Of a stretch of DNA of 64,000 nucleotides, positions 1-11,335 are shown piece after piece. Origin of the DNA: Cetorhinus maximus. Taxonomy: Eukaryota. Position numbers and translations under genes: made by a program. The stretch lies in assembly GCF_964194155.1 (NCBI RefSeq), contig NC_135899.1, positions 68,200,001-68,264,000 of the forward strand, written 5' to 3'. The number at the start of each line of letters is the position of its first letter. Positions within the stretch are counted from its first letter, which is position 1. The notes below the pieces were generated by a model. That model saw nothing but the letters and a program-made list of their open reading frames with translations. It was not told the DNA's origin and did no database searches.

Positions 1-488
1 TGCGCGCGAAAGAGCGCAGAAATCTCCCTGAGGCACAGCACTGCCTCAGGGAGATCAGGTTGATATGTAAAAATTTAAATCAAGGAAGAAAAATATTTTT
101 AAGACATGTCCCCTCATGTGACAGTGTCACATGAGCTGGGACATGTCTAGGAATTTTCTTGAAAAATTTTATTAAAGTTTAAAATCCTTCGTGAAACCTC
201 ATCCCGCCCGTGGCTGAGGTTTCATGATAAACGCGAAGGCTCTTCACCTGCCCGACAACCTTAAGGTTGGACGAGCAGCTATGTTAATTATTTCAATTGG
301 AATTTAAATGGCCTCAATAGGCCTTTGACACTTTGGCGGGCGCGCAGCCGACCCTGGTGCACACCCGCTGAACTCAAGATCTGAATGACGCATGGTGACG
401 TCGGGACGCACGTCCGACATCACCACGCGTCATTTTACACGTCAGTGTGCGGGCCCCACCCCCGCTCGCCAAACTGAAGTTTCTGCCC
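1..488. mobile_element. Non-autonomous TIR element family A (Harbinger-like), cut by the window edge
   Basis: Ends in AGTTTCTGCCC; reverse-complement similarity to 5609-6050; several internal hairpins. Confidence 0.7.
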
Positions 489-3052
489 ATGGAGATGTAT
501 TACAATGAGGATCACTGAGATTCTGATGGCGGGAAATGCTGCCATCAACAGGCTGAATGGACGATCGCAAACTGGTTTCACAACGTTGTGAAACTGATTT
601 TTAGCCTTCTCGCCATATTGTCCTCTCATGCCACCGAACACATCCGACGCCAGCGGGCACAGAAATTTCCACCCAATGAATTAAACCTTCATCACTACAC
701 CCCTCCATTTATTCATGGGAGGGAATTGGTTGTTTTTTTCTTAGCACCTTACTGCACTACCTATGCGACATTTTCTGACAGGAAATTCAGTTCAATTATT
801 AGAAAAGCAACAAAACAGCATCATTCCTAAAGTGGAACCAATGTTTAAAACCAGCTGAACCATACTGGGTGTTTAGCATTACATTAGTCCAGAATTTGCA
901 GGGATAATAGTGACAAGTTTAATGCATTCTCCGGTATCAATGTATAAATGTACCTGGAAATTTGTGGTGAGAGAAGAGATGCACCTTGAGCTGCAAATCA
1001 CCACAAGTTGCTAGGCGATTTGTGCCACTCCCTCATTAACCTTGCAAAAGTAATAGCATGCCCCCAACCTCCCCCTGAATTTCAAGAAATTGCTGCATTT
1101 GTGCTGTTCAGGCAAATTAAATTTGCCGCAGTAAAGTTACAACGTAAGGACCCGTTTAACATCGAGCCTTATATTCCTGGAATGCCACTCAACCTCTCCA
1201 GGGACAAAGTGGCAACTTAATCCCGCAAGGAGTGAATTGTTCCTGGAGAGTTTAAAATGTTGGTTCCACTAAATTCCAGCTGGTCCTGTCGGGGTTAATA
1301 CTTTATCCAGAGAAAGGTATACACTTCAGGTAAAAAACTAGATAACAAGCAGTTTGACTAATAAACATATTTGTGTAGCTACAATACGCCTTGTGAACTA
1401 AGGTGGCCCAGTGCCTTTTAATTCATTAATCTTATCCTAACACTTTGAGTGATGAGACACTTTTCAACTTTCTAAATGCTCCCTGTGCTATTTGATTTTC
1501 GTTTCTGGAGGATATTCCACGCTCCACTCCCAACCCACCCCACCCCATTGCCCCCAATTTTCTAGGGGAAATTGGCGAGCAATTTTGTGCCTTTTCCTCA
1601 CCATTCCCTTTTGTCACGTGTCAAATCCCAGGTGGAGTTGGGCTTGCAGGCCTCAGTGCCAAGCCGACTGTCCAATGTTCTCCGTGGCTGCCTATGGGTA
1701 GTACCCAGTGTTCCTCTTGAATGGTGGAACTGAGGTCAGGAACACAGTGTGTGGAGGAACGACAAGCACGGATGCACACCCTCCTACTCCATGGCACAGA
1801 GCACTGAATCATCAGCACTGCTTCACTTTGCCTCAACTCACATCATTCTCAAGAGAAGCAATCAAAATTGCAATCTTGATTTCACTGCAGAAATGTTAAT
1901 GCGGTTTGCAAGGGATAAATGGCTCCTAGTTACAGGTCAACAACTCAGCATATTTTGGATCAACTGAAGGGCCTTTTACCCCACTGGCCAAACATTTGGA
2001 TTTTCCTACTGGAGTGGTCAAATTAAGGATATTAAAGAAAGTTTGATTTGCAAACAATTTACTGTCGTGCTTTACGTGTTGTTTTTTTTTAAAAAGGGGT
2101 GATGCCTTCAAAGCAAAACAATATTTTACCACAATTGTTAGAAGGAGAGATTTAGCAGTATGAACTGTACCACAATGGATGGTGCACAGATCTTTGAAAC
2201 TAATGCTAACAAAACTTTGAAATATAAATCGTTTTTTAAAAAAAAGTTAGTGATCCTGCAGCAACTGAAATGTCCTTTGACCAAACATTTCCAAATGGCC
2301 AATGCGGGCCCCACCACAGCTAATTCTTTGGAGATGTTTTGAAAACAGAGATCATCCCAAGAACCTCATTGCAGCAAGAACAGCTTCTTACAGGATATGA
2401 GCTAAAAGAAGTTTCTGCCATATACTGCCCCTTCTCTTTCCTTCTCTGCAGCTCCACTCTAGGGAGTAATGATCCTGCTGAGATACATTTCCACAGGTAC
2501 ATGCAAGTGCCCCCACTCCCCCACACGGACCCTCATCCAAGTAGCTACATGAATAGTTAATAATGGGAGGTTATCCAAGTGGGAGGGCTGATTACTGATT
2601 ATGTCCCTACCCAATGCCCACAGGCACACAATTTCCTCAGGGATCGCTGCATACCTGATTTTCTCTCCTCCATTAGATGCTGAGCATAGTTCTGTCTGCC
2701 AGGAGTGGGATCAGCTAACTCAGAACAGTCTGGGAACAGAATATCGAATGGAGGATGCATTTACTGGGTGAACCATGAGGGGACCCAAAATGTCACCATT
2801 ATTGAACTAGTTAGGGAAACTGGAAATAAGACTGGGGCCTGAAGTTTCCATTAATTTGCGTCGGTTTTATCAGCGCAACCTGGGTGAAATCCGCCAAACT
2901 GGTGCAATAGATCACGGAAAATCCAATGTAAGTTACATTGAGTGCAAGTAGGGTTTCCACAATCTTTAATGTTGGTTTAAAATTGGTTGCGCATAAAGCC
3001 CACAGAACCAGCAATGACCCAGATTAAAATATTGAGGAGGGCGAGCTTCCAC

Positions 3053-4632
3053 TGTTATGATCCTTGGCTGGACCCCAGGCTGTGGGGGGATTCGGTTAGG
3101 GGCCAAATAACATTTTGTTTAAAGTTGACAAAGTTTGAGATTCAAGACGCTTATTAAGTGAAAAAAGCCGCAAAATTCCACAGGTTTTGAACAAACAAAA
3201 CTAAACTTTACTATATAACGTCAGAAAGATAAAACAATTTACGATATCTATCTTATACGCTAACATTCAGGGTAAGTATTAGCTACATTTGAATTAACAG
3301 ACAAACTGTGGTCAAACACACCACACTAAATGACAGATGCAACCAAAGCAGAGTCCAAGGATTTCTCAACAGCCCACCCAGAGTTAGTCACACTGCGAGT
3401 CAACCAATCTCACTGAAACTCCGTCAGTCTCATGAGGGTTTCCAGCCTTCATCTATGAAGATCTCGCCTTGGAACCTTGGAATTCTCTCCAAAAGTCGCT
3501 CCAATTTTGGATAGTTTCGCGAAGGCCAACCTCGCAGGGTTTCATACGAATATACGAGTTAGGAGCAGGAGTAGGCCACTCGGCCCTTCGAGCTTGCTCA
3601 GCCATTCATTAAGATCATGGCTGATTTGAATGTATCCTCCCGCCTGCCTCCAATAACCCTTCACCCCCTTGTTTATCAAGAATCTATCTACCTCTGCCTT
3701 GAAAGCATTCAAAGACTTTTCTTCCACTGCTTTTTGAGGAAGGGAGTTCCAAAGACTCACTACCCTCTGAGAGAAAAAGTTTCTGCTCATCTCTGTCTTA
3801 AATGGGCAGCCCCTTATTTTTGAACAGTGGCCCCCAGTTCTAATTCTCCTACAAGAGGAAATATCCTCTCCACATCCACCCCGTCAAGACCCCTCAGGAT
3901 CTTATACATTTCAATCAAGTCGCTCCTTCCTCTTCTAAACTCCAGCAGATACATGTCTAGCCTGTCCAATCTTTCCTCATAAGACAACCCTCCCATTCTT
4001 GGTATTAGTTTAGTAAAACTTCTCTGAACTGCTTCTAATGCATTTATATCCTTCCTTAAATAAGACAACCAATCCGGTTCACAGTACTCCTGGTGTACTT
4101 CAATCTTGCCTTCAGAAACATTATTCCCCTGGATTCCCAAACACTAGCTCACAAGCCCAATTTCAGGTTTTCGGCTGTGCCAAACAGGACACCACTGCTC
4201 CAGCTTTGCCCCAACAGCCCGCAGCATGGAGTCACCAACCTTCGGCTGCCTTCTTCAGGATCTTCTGAGCCCTCTTTGATTGTCAGGGCTTCTCCCAAGC
4301 CCAATTCACTTAAAATCTGCTCCCTCAGCCCTTTCTTTAACTTGGAGCCTGTTTCTCTGTTCCTTTCCTTTCTTTAACTTAACTGGGACCTGTTTCTTGT
4401 CTTTGTCCTTCGCCTGGGACACTTGCTGTTTGACTCCACGAGAAGTGCTGTTCACTGACCCTTGAACTGACCCGGTGACGTATCACATCACTTTGGGAGG
4501 GTCCCACGCTTGTTACTAGGCAGGAACAAATGTAACAAGCACTGGAACTTCCTGTGTCTTAAATGTTACAATCTACACAGACTACAAGCTTACATAACAC
4601 ACAGAGACACAGAATGAATGGATTTCATAATG
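3053..4632. mobile_element. Probable solo-LTR-like element interrupted by a CR1 fragment
   Basis: Starts TGTTATGA, ends TCATAATG (decayed TCATAACA); flanks CCAC/CCGC are a possible 4-bp TSD; non-coding. Confidence 0.4.
3542..4098 (-). mobile_element. CR1 LINE 3' fragment
   Basis: YLRKDINALEAVQRSFTKLIPRMGGLSYEERL and RNFFSQRVVSLWNSLP (CR1 ORF2 C-terminus), 3' UTR and short repeat tail. Confidence 0.92.
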
Positions 4633-5434
4633 CCGCCAAAAGTGCCCATTTGAGGAGGGCCAAGAAAATGTCATCAGAATTTGTACGACACCGGCACTAA
4701 TAACCGGCACCTACAATCATTCACTCCAGGCTTTCTGCTGTTTCAGCAAGATACAAGCCTACAGAGAATAGTTTAATTCAATGGTGAATCTTCTAATAGT
4801 TTAATTAAATGATTTTTTTTTAAATGGATTGGATTGCTAAACTTGTTCTTCAGGAGGACCCAAAGTCTGGATTTAAACTGCATTTAAAGAAACAAAGCTT
4901 TGCCTATTGCCGCCCATTGTAGCTTTTATGATTCATTTTCAAATGCCCAGTCCCCCAACCCCGAATCAATAGATCCTCTATTTCAGCATGTTGCTTAGCT
5001 CAGAACGTTCTGTCAGACATAGGAAAATAAGGAGCTGCTTTGGTCCTTTTATTCTTTTTTCTTTGTCTGTGTGCGCAGCAAGTTTCTCTCTGTCAGCAGA
5101 AACTGGGCCTCGCAGTGCTGGGAGGGAAATGGGAGGCTTGCCGATCAATAGCTGAAAATTACAAACTGAGCTGGCTTTTAATGTGAAAGGGGCTGCCACC
5201 AATGTGGCAACCACTGGGAGCAGGCACAACATGATAAATGACAACGGGAAAAGAAGAGCGAGAGAGAAAAGGGGTGGGGGGGAGGTTGGCGTTGCTGTGA
5301 GATTGGGTGGTGAGGAGGAAGGCAAGGTCTTAGTAAAAGTGCAAAATGAGATACAGTAAGTTTGATAAGTATTTTTAATCTAACATGTCTCTGAAATCGT
5401 TGCATAAATAAAGGCCAGATCAACAGTATATGGA

Positions 5435-5531
5435 AAGAAAAGCAAAAAATGCTGGGAAAACTCAGCGGGTCTAACAGCATCTGTGGAGAGAAAAAAAACA
5501 AAGTTAACGTTTCAAGTCCGTATGACTCTTC
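5435..5531 (-). mobile_element. Penelope-like 3' terminal repeat fragment
   Basis: Same motif as 10908-11055, 23433-23560 and 60890-61010 (ctcagc-ggtct-cagcatctgtggaga...gttaacgtttc). Confidence 0.65.
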
Positions 5532-5608
5532 GTATGTACAGTAAATGGAAAGTACTGGTTTACAAATGAACATTGAACCAAATCACAAGATCAGGCGTAA
5601 AAGCTTTG

Positions 5609-6269
5609 GGGCAGAATTCTTGGGTCGGCGAACAGGGTCGGGGCCCACTCGCTTACGCGTAAAATGACGGGCAAGATGAGGTCATTGCCATATTTCGTTC
5701 GGCGGGCGCACGCTGGAGTCGGCTGCGCACCCGCCGAAATGTCAACAGCCAATAAAGGCCATTAAGAAATCAATTAAAGCAGCTAAGGATGCTGCCTGTC
5801 CAACCTTAAGGTTGTCGGGCAGGCGAAGAGCCCAGGCAGCCTGCACATTTTTCATGGAACCTCATCCACGGGCGGGATGAGGTTTCCTGAAGTGCTTAAA
5901 AATTAAATTAAATTTTTTTTAAAAATTCATTGACATGTCCCAGCTCATGTGGCACTGTCACATGAGGGGACGTGTTTTAAAATTTTAAAATTTCTTTATT
6001 TACATGTTTAAAACTTAAACTAATCTGGTGCCGCAGGGAGATTTCTGCGCTCTTACGCACGCAGACCCCGACTCAGGGGATCCCCCCCACGCCTCTCCCC
6101 CCACCCCCCACCACCACCCGCACAGGGAGCGCTCAGCTCTCCCAGGTGCACGTCACGCTGGGCGGGTCTTAATTGGCCCACCCACATAAAATGGCAGCGC
6201 CACCCCGATTCGGGGCGCCAATCGGGATCACACCTGCCCCCCATCTCTGATGGGAGGATAATTCTCCCC
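5609..6269. mobile_element. Non-autonomous TIR element family A, complete copy
   Basis: TIRs GGGCAGAATT / AATTCTCCCC, 3-bp TSD TTG on both sides, no ORF, internal hairpins. Confidence 0.8.
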
Positions 6270-6669
6270 TTGCCTTCATAGCTGCTGTTGTCGAGGGATA
6301 AAGTTTGAAAAACACAGCTTTCCAACAGAGTAGTGCCCTCTTGGCTGGAACTATCGAGAGAAAGAGTTTGTCAGGGTTCATTTCTGTGTGCAACAACATA
6401 GGGCTAGAGACAGATTCTGGCTTAGCTCTGATTCATTCTATAGTAGAAAGGCTGCTGATACATTCAGGTTAAGCTTGTAGACAGAGCGCATACACTTGAG
6501 TGAGGTTTAGGAGGGTTGCTAGCACCTGTGGACCTATGCCACATTTAAGGCAGGTGCCAGTGGCTGTGGACTGGTCTGAAGGGGTTGTGACCACACGGGA
6601 AGGTAGGAATAAAAAGGGAGAATAGGAAGAAAAAACAAAAATCCAAAAAGTTTATTTAGGGCACATCAA

Positions 6670-8399
6670 TGGGATTGCCCTGGTAGACTTATTGTTTCAG
6701 CCTGTTCTTGCCTCACATAACTGATTACTCCCTTGACTCCGTTTCTTCCCCCCTTTATCCAGTCTCTTCCCACCTACATCCACAACTCTTCTAATACCCT
6801 CCACCGCTTTAATACTTTCCAGTTCCCTGACCAAATGATATCATTTTCATTATGACTATGCAATCTCTCCACTTCTTCCTTGAATAGAGGTTTATCCAGT
6901 CCCCATAGACACCACCTAGCTGAACTACTTCTTACATTGAACAGTTTCTCCTTTGAATCCACTCACTCCCTCCTGACAAAACTCACTCGCTCCAAATTAA
7001 AGATGTTGCTGTAGGGACCCATCTGGGTCCTAGCTGTGCCAGTCTTTTTCTGGGCTATTTGGAAAATTCTGTATTCCAGTCCTACTCATGTCCCCTCCCT
7101 CGCCTCTTTTTCTGGAACACGGATGACATCAAAGTTGTTTCCTGTTTTCAACCGGAATGAAAAATTTCGTCAACTTTACTACCTATTTCCACCCCTCCCC
7201 ACACCTTTACATGGTTCATCACTGATTCTGCCCTTCCCTTCCTCAATGTCTCCATCACTGGGGATAGGCTGTCAGCCACTGAGCCCCACAGCTACCTTGA
7301 CTACACTTCTTCCCACCCCGCTTCCTGTGAGAACTCTGTACCATTCTCCCAATTTCCATTGCATCTGTTCTGACAATGCAACCTTTCATACCAGCACTTT
7401 CAATACATCTTTCCTTCTTCTCAACTGAGGATTAACACCCCTGCCCCCCACCATGGTTGACAGACCTCTCAGCTGTGCCTGTTCCATTTCACACATCTGC
7501 TTTCACCCCTTCCCTTCCCTTCCCTCACAGAACCACAACAGGATTCCCCTTGTCTTGACCTTCCACCGCACCAGCCTTCGCAGTCAACAGATTATCTTCC
7601 ACCATTCCCAGGATCTCCAGCATGATATCACCAAACAGCATTTACCCCTCCCCTCCACTTTCAGCATTCCAAAGGGACTGCTCCCGCCACGACACCTTAG
7701 TCCACTCCTCAATCACCTCCAACACCCTTTCCCCTTGCTGTGCAAATAGAGGAGGCGCAACACCTGCAATTTTACCTCGTCCCTTTTCACTGTCCAAGGC
7801 CCCAAATACTCCTTCCAAGTGAAACCGCAATTAGTTGTACTTCCTTTAATTCAGTATACTGTATTCACTGCTCACAGCGTGGTCTTCGCAACACTGGGGA
7901 GACCAAGCATAGACAGGTTGCCCGCTCTACTGAATATCTCTGTTCAGTCCGCAACCATGAGCCTGAGTTTCCAGATGGCCATCATTTTAATTCTCCATTC
8001 CACTCCCCATTCTGACCTCTCTGTCCCCAGTCTCTTATGCTATTCCAATTAAACACAACATAATCTCGAGGAACAACACCTTATTGTTTGATCAGACCCT
8101 TCACAGCTTTCCAGATTCAACATTAAGATCAACAATTTAGATCACAACCAGTGCTTTATTTTGGGTTTTTAGTTTGTAGCTGGCAAAGATTCTGCCTTTC
8201 CCATTTACACCTCCCCAAGACCCATCCTTTGTTTCTTTGCCTGTTCCATTACAACCCCTTTTCCATTGCATCTTCATCCATTTTGTCATTTAATCTCCTC
8301 TGTCTTCCATGCAATCACAGACTTTTCCCTTTGTTCTCCTGCCTTGCCTCCCTACACCCCATTACCTTCCCCTAACTCTATACTTGCTTTAAACCCGTT
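6670..8399 (+). mobile_element. Penelope-like retroelement relic (RT + GIY-YIG endonuclease)
   Basis: Decayed RT motif VAVGTHLGPSCASLFLGYLE; GIY-YIG-like NSVYCIHCSQRGLRNTGETKHR; many frameshifts; continues at 10040-10155. Confidence 0.87.
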
Positions 8400-8667
8400 T
8401 TTGCGAACACGTGAGGGGTAAAAATGACTCCCCTATTCTATCACTCCATAAGTCCGACCATAACAGGGTTTTTTTATTGAATTTAGAGAGGATGTGCTTT
8501 GCCAATACTGCAGGAGTCCCACTATTTACACTTTCAGATTGTAAATAATTAGTCAGATAGGTTTTCCTAGGTTACACAAGGAGCAAGTTATTGAAACTAT
8601 TTCCCGAATTAAAAAAAGCCTAGGTAGATCGCAACCACCATTCATATGTCACACACATTCCTTGGGC

Positions 8668-8691
8668 CCACACACACACACACAAACAAAC
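8668..8691. repeat. Short (CA)n / (CAAA)n microsatellite
   Basis: cacacacacacacacaaacaaac. Confidence 0.7.
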
Positions 8692-9059
8692 ATGGTAGAA
8701 TAAGAGGATAGTTTAAGGATTTTTTTTTAAACAGTTCGTGAAGAAGATAAAACAAAGGAGCATATGGTCTCGATGCGGTGTTTCTACTTTGCGGCTATTT
8801 TGTTCAGTTATCTTCCTCGTTGTATGGAGCAGGTTTCCACATTTTATTCCCAAAAGATCTCGGTTTGCAGTGTTTTTCTCTTCTCAGGAAGATTAATTTG
8901 CAAATCTGGGCACAATACTTCCGAGAGAGAGGGACAGAGAGATCAAACAGCTTCAGCCTGTTTTCAATACAGCACTCTGATTGCTGATCTCTGCTTAGTA
9001 ACACAGTCCCTTAAAGTACCCTGTTGGCTATATATTCCAGGGAATTTCTATTAATCCAT

Positions 9060-9740
9060 GGGAAGGATTTTTAGTTCAGCATGCGGGCACTGTCAGGGGG
9101 CTCAGGAACGGCCGGGAAGTGGTCCACCACCCGCGATCTTCCCCCCCCGACCACGATTTCACACTGGCTGGCCAATTAACGGCTGGCCAGCGTGAAAGGT
9201 GCACTGAAAGGCTCAGTGCTGCCAGGGTGGGGGCGGGGGTGGGAGGAGGGCGAGAGCTGAAGTCAGTGTGGGCACGGGAGAGCGCTCACAGAAAGCTCCC
9301 TGAAGAAAGGGAGCTGCCTCAGGGAGCTGAAGAATTCAAAAGCCACGCCGAAAAAATGTCCACACATCAGGATCAGTCAGCTGAACATCTGGCTGATGTA
9401 AATTCTGCCCAAACGTTTTTTTTTTAAATTAATATCAGAAACCTCACCCCTCCCTTGGATGAGGTATCCACAAAAAGGCAAAGGCCACCTGGATAATTCG
9501 CCCACCCACCAACCATAACGTTAGACAGGCAACGAAAAGTCACTGTTGATTACTACGTTAATGGCCTTAATAGGCCTCTTAATTATCAGTGGGTGCGCTG
9601 CTGATTCTTGTGCACGCCCGCTGACCAAAATATTGCACGGGTGCATGATGATGTGGGGATGCTCACCTGACATCATCATGCGCTATTTCACACTCGAGGG
9701 GTCAGGGGCGCACCCACGCGCCGAGTGACAAATTCTGCCC
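9060..9740. mobile_element. Non-autonomous TIR element family A (diverged subfamily)
   Basis: GGGAAGGATT...AATTCTGCCC termini, CAT/CAC flanks, colinear with 1-488. Confidence 0.72.
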
Positions 9741-10039
9741 CACGTCTGCTGCAGCCATTGTTTTTAGATCAGGTCATTGCATTTTGATGCCTCACATCAG
9801 AAACTGCTGAAAAGTTTCAGGATAGTGTAAAGCCAACAGGAGATGGGATCTTTCATGCTCTCCAAGGAGTTGAGTGTCTTTTGTTTTTCATCCCACTTGG
9901 TGGAATGCAGGCTTGTACATTGTAGCCATCTGGCAGTCTCCATTGTCTTGAGAGGATTTCAGTTTATTCTTAAAAATGCAGCCAGAAATGAAAAATTAGA
10001 AATTGTATCTTTAGAAAATAAAAGCACATCCCTGTAGCA

Positions 10040-10155
10040 CTGTTACACCTCTAACTTTTTCCAGTTCTGATGAAAGATCATTGACCTGAACCCTGTTTTA
10101 ATCTCTCCGCAGATGCTGCCCCACCTGCTGTTTATTTCCAGGATTTTCTGTTCGT
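10040..10155 (+). mobile_element. 3' terminus of the Penelope-like element, with decayed hammerhead motif
   Basis: cagttCTGATGAaagatcattgacctGAAc followed by the shared cagatgctg...cctgctg tail. Confidence 0.65.
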
Positions 10156-10907
10156 ATCTGAAACATCGCGACCTTCTTATTTCCCTCAGTTTGGGGTATA
10201 CTGCAGCTCAAGTTATAGAAACGATGCTCTGTGCAGTAACGCTCGAGGTCAATCGCTTGTTATTGTCCTCAGCCACAATCAGTATTTGCTTGACATATGC
10301 AGTTTGTGAAAACTAACCACAAATGACTTTTAAGCTTAATGACTATTTTATATGATTTTGATTTCACTGAAAATAACGTTAATCATTAAAACATATTTAT
10401 AACACCACCTTTTTATACAAATCCTGTCCTTGGTAACATTGGAAGGAGAAATTCCAAGAAGAGAGGCTGCCTCAGGGTGATGTAGACACATAACAATAAA
10501 ACAACACTCACAAAGGTGTAGAGAGAAAGACATGGGCAGAGGGAGGGGAAGATTAAGAGGGCTTTAACAGCGAGTAATACCTATCCCCTGTATTTAGAGG
10601 CCAAAGTTGAGGTAAAAACCATAACAGAAGCTATTAAGACAAAATGAGAAGCTGCACAGTGTTGCACTCAGCCCACAGATCATGCTGGGAAACTAAAGGA
10701 ATCACTGGAGCTAGGTTGATCTTGACAACAAATAAAATGCAGTCAAACTTGTCTGTTGAATCAGCAACCTCTGGCAGATAGTAATCAGTTGGATTTCATC
10801 CAGACCTTCAGTCAATAAAATTACCACCATCATTTAACGTAAAGGTGAAAGGTAGAGACAGACTACTGCAAATTCTGGGCCAATGACCAGCTAATCCATT
10901 TTGAATG

Positions 10908-11087
10908 ATAAAAGCAAATGCTGGAAATCTAGAACAAAAACCAAAGATACCTGGAAAAACTCAGCAGGTCTGACAGCATTTGCGGAGAGGGATACCGTAT
11001 CTGCGGAGAGGGATGCAGTTGACGTTTCGAGTCCGATGACCCTTCATCAGTTCTGTCAGATGCTGTCAGACCTGCTGAGTTTTTCCA
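10908..11087. mobile_element. Penelope-like terminal repeat in inverted (palindromic) arrangement
   Basis: Perfect 28-bp inverted repeat 10952-10979 / 11060-11087; about 21-bp internal tandem duplication. Confidence 0.7.
11016..11055 (-). ncRNA. Minimal type I hammerhead ribozyme motif (core intact, stem I disrupted)
   Basis: CUGAUGA-A-GGGUC-AUCG-GACUC-GAAAC-GUC-AACUG. Confidence 0.55.
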
Positions 11088-11097
11088 TTTTGAATGG

Positions 11098-11335
11098 TGT
11101 TGATAGAGGGTTGGCCAGGACTCCAGGGAGAATCCCCCTGTTCTTCTTTAAAATTGTGCCGCGGGATTTTTGTGTCCTACTGAGAGAGCAGAGGGCGTTC
11201 ATGTCACACCTGAAAGACAACACCTCTCACAGTGCAGCTCTGGAGTGTCAGTCTAGATTTTTGTACTCAATTCTCTGCAGTAGGACTTAAACCTACTTGC
11301 AGAGGGAAGCTTGTTACCAACTGGGCGACAGCTGC
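11098..11335 (-). mobile_element. Deu-domain SINE (SacSINE1-like) fragment
   Basis: Reverse complement of parts of 17385-17620. Confidence 0.65.

Larger units (their letters stand above)
8400..10039. mobile_element. Solo-LTR-like insertion splitting the Penelope element
   Basis: Flanked by CCGTT/CTGTT (possible 5-bp TSD), ends TGTAGCA, non-coding; the 5' TG is not intact. Confidence 0.45.
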
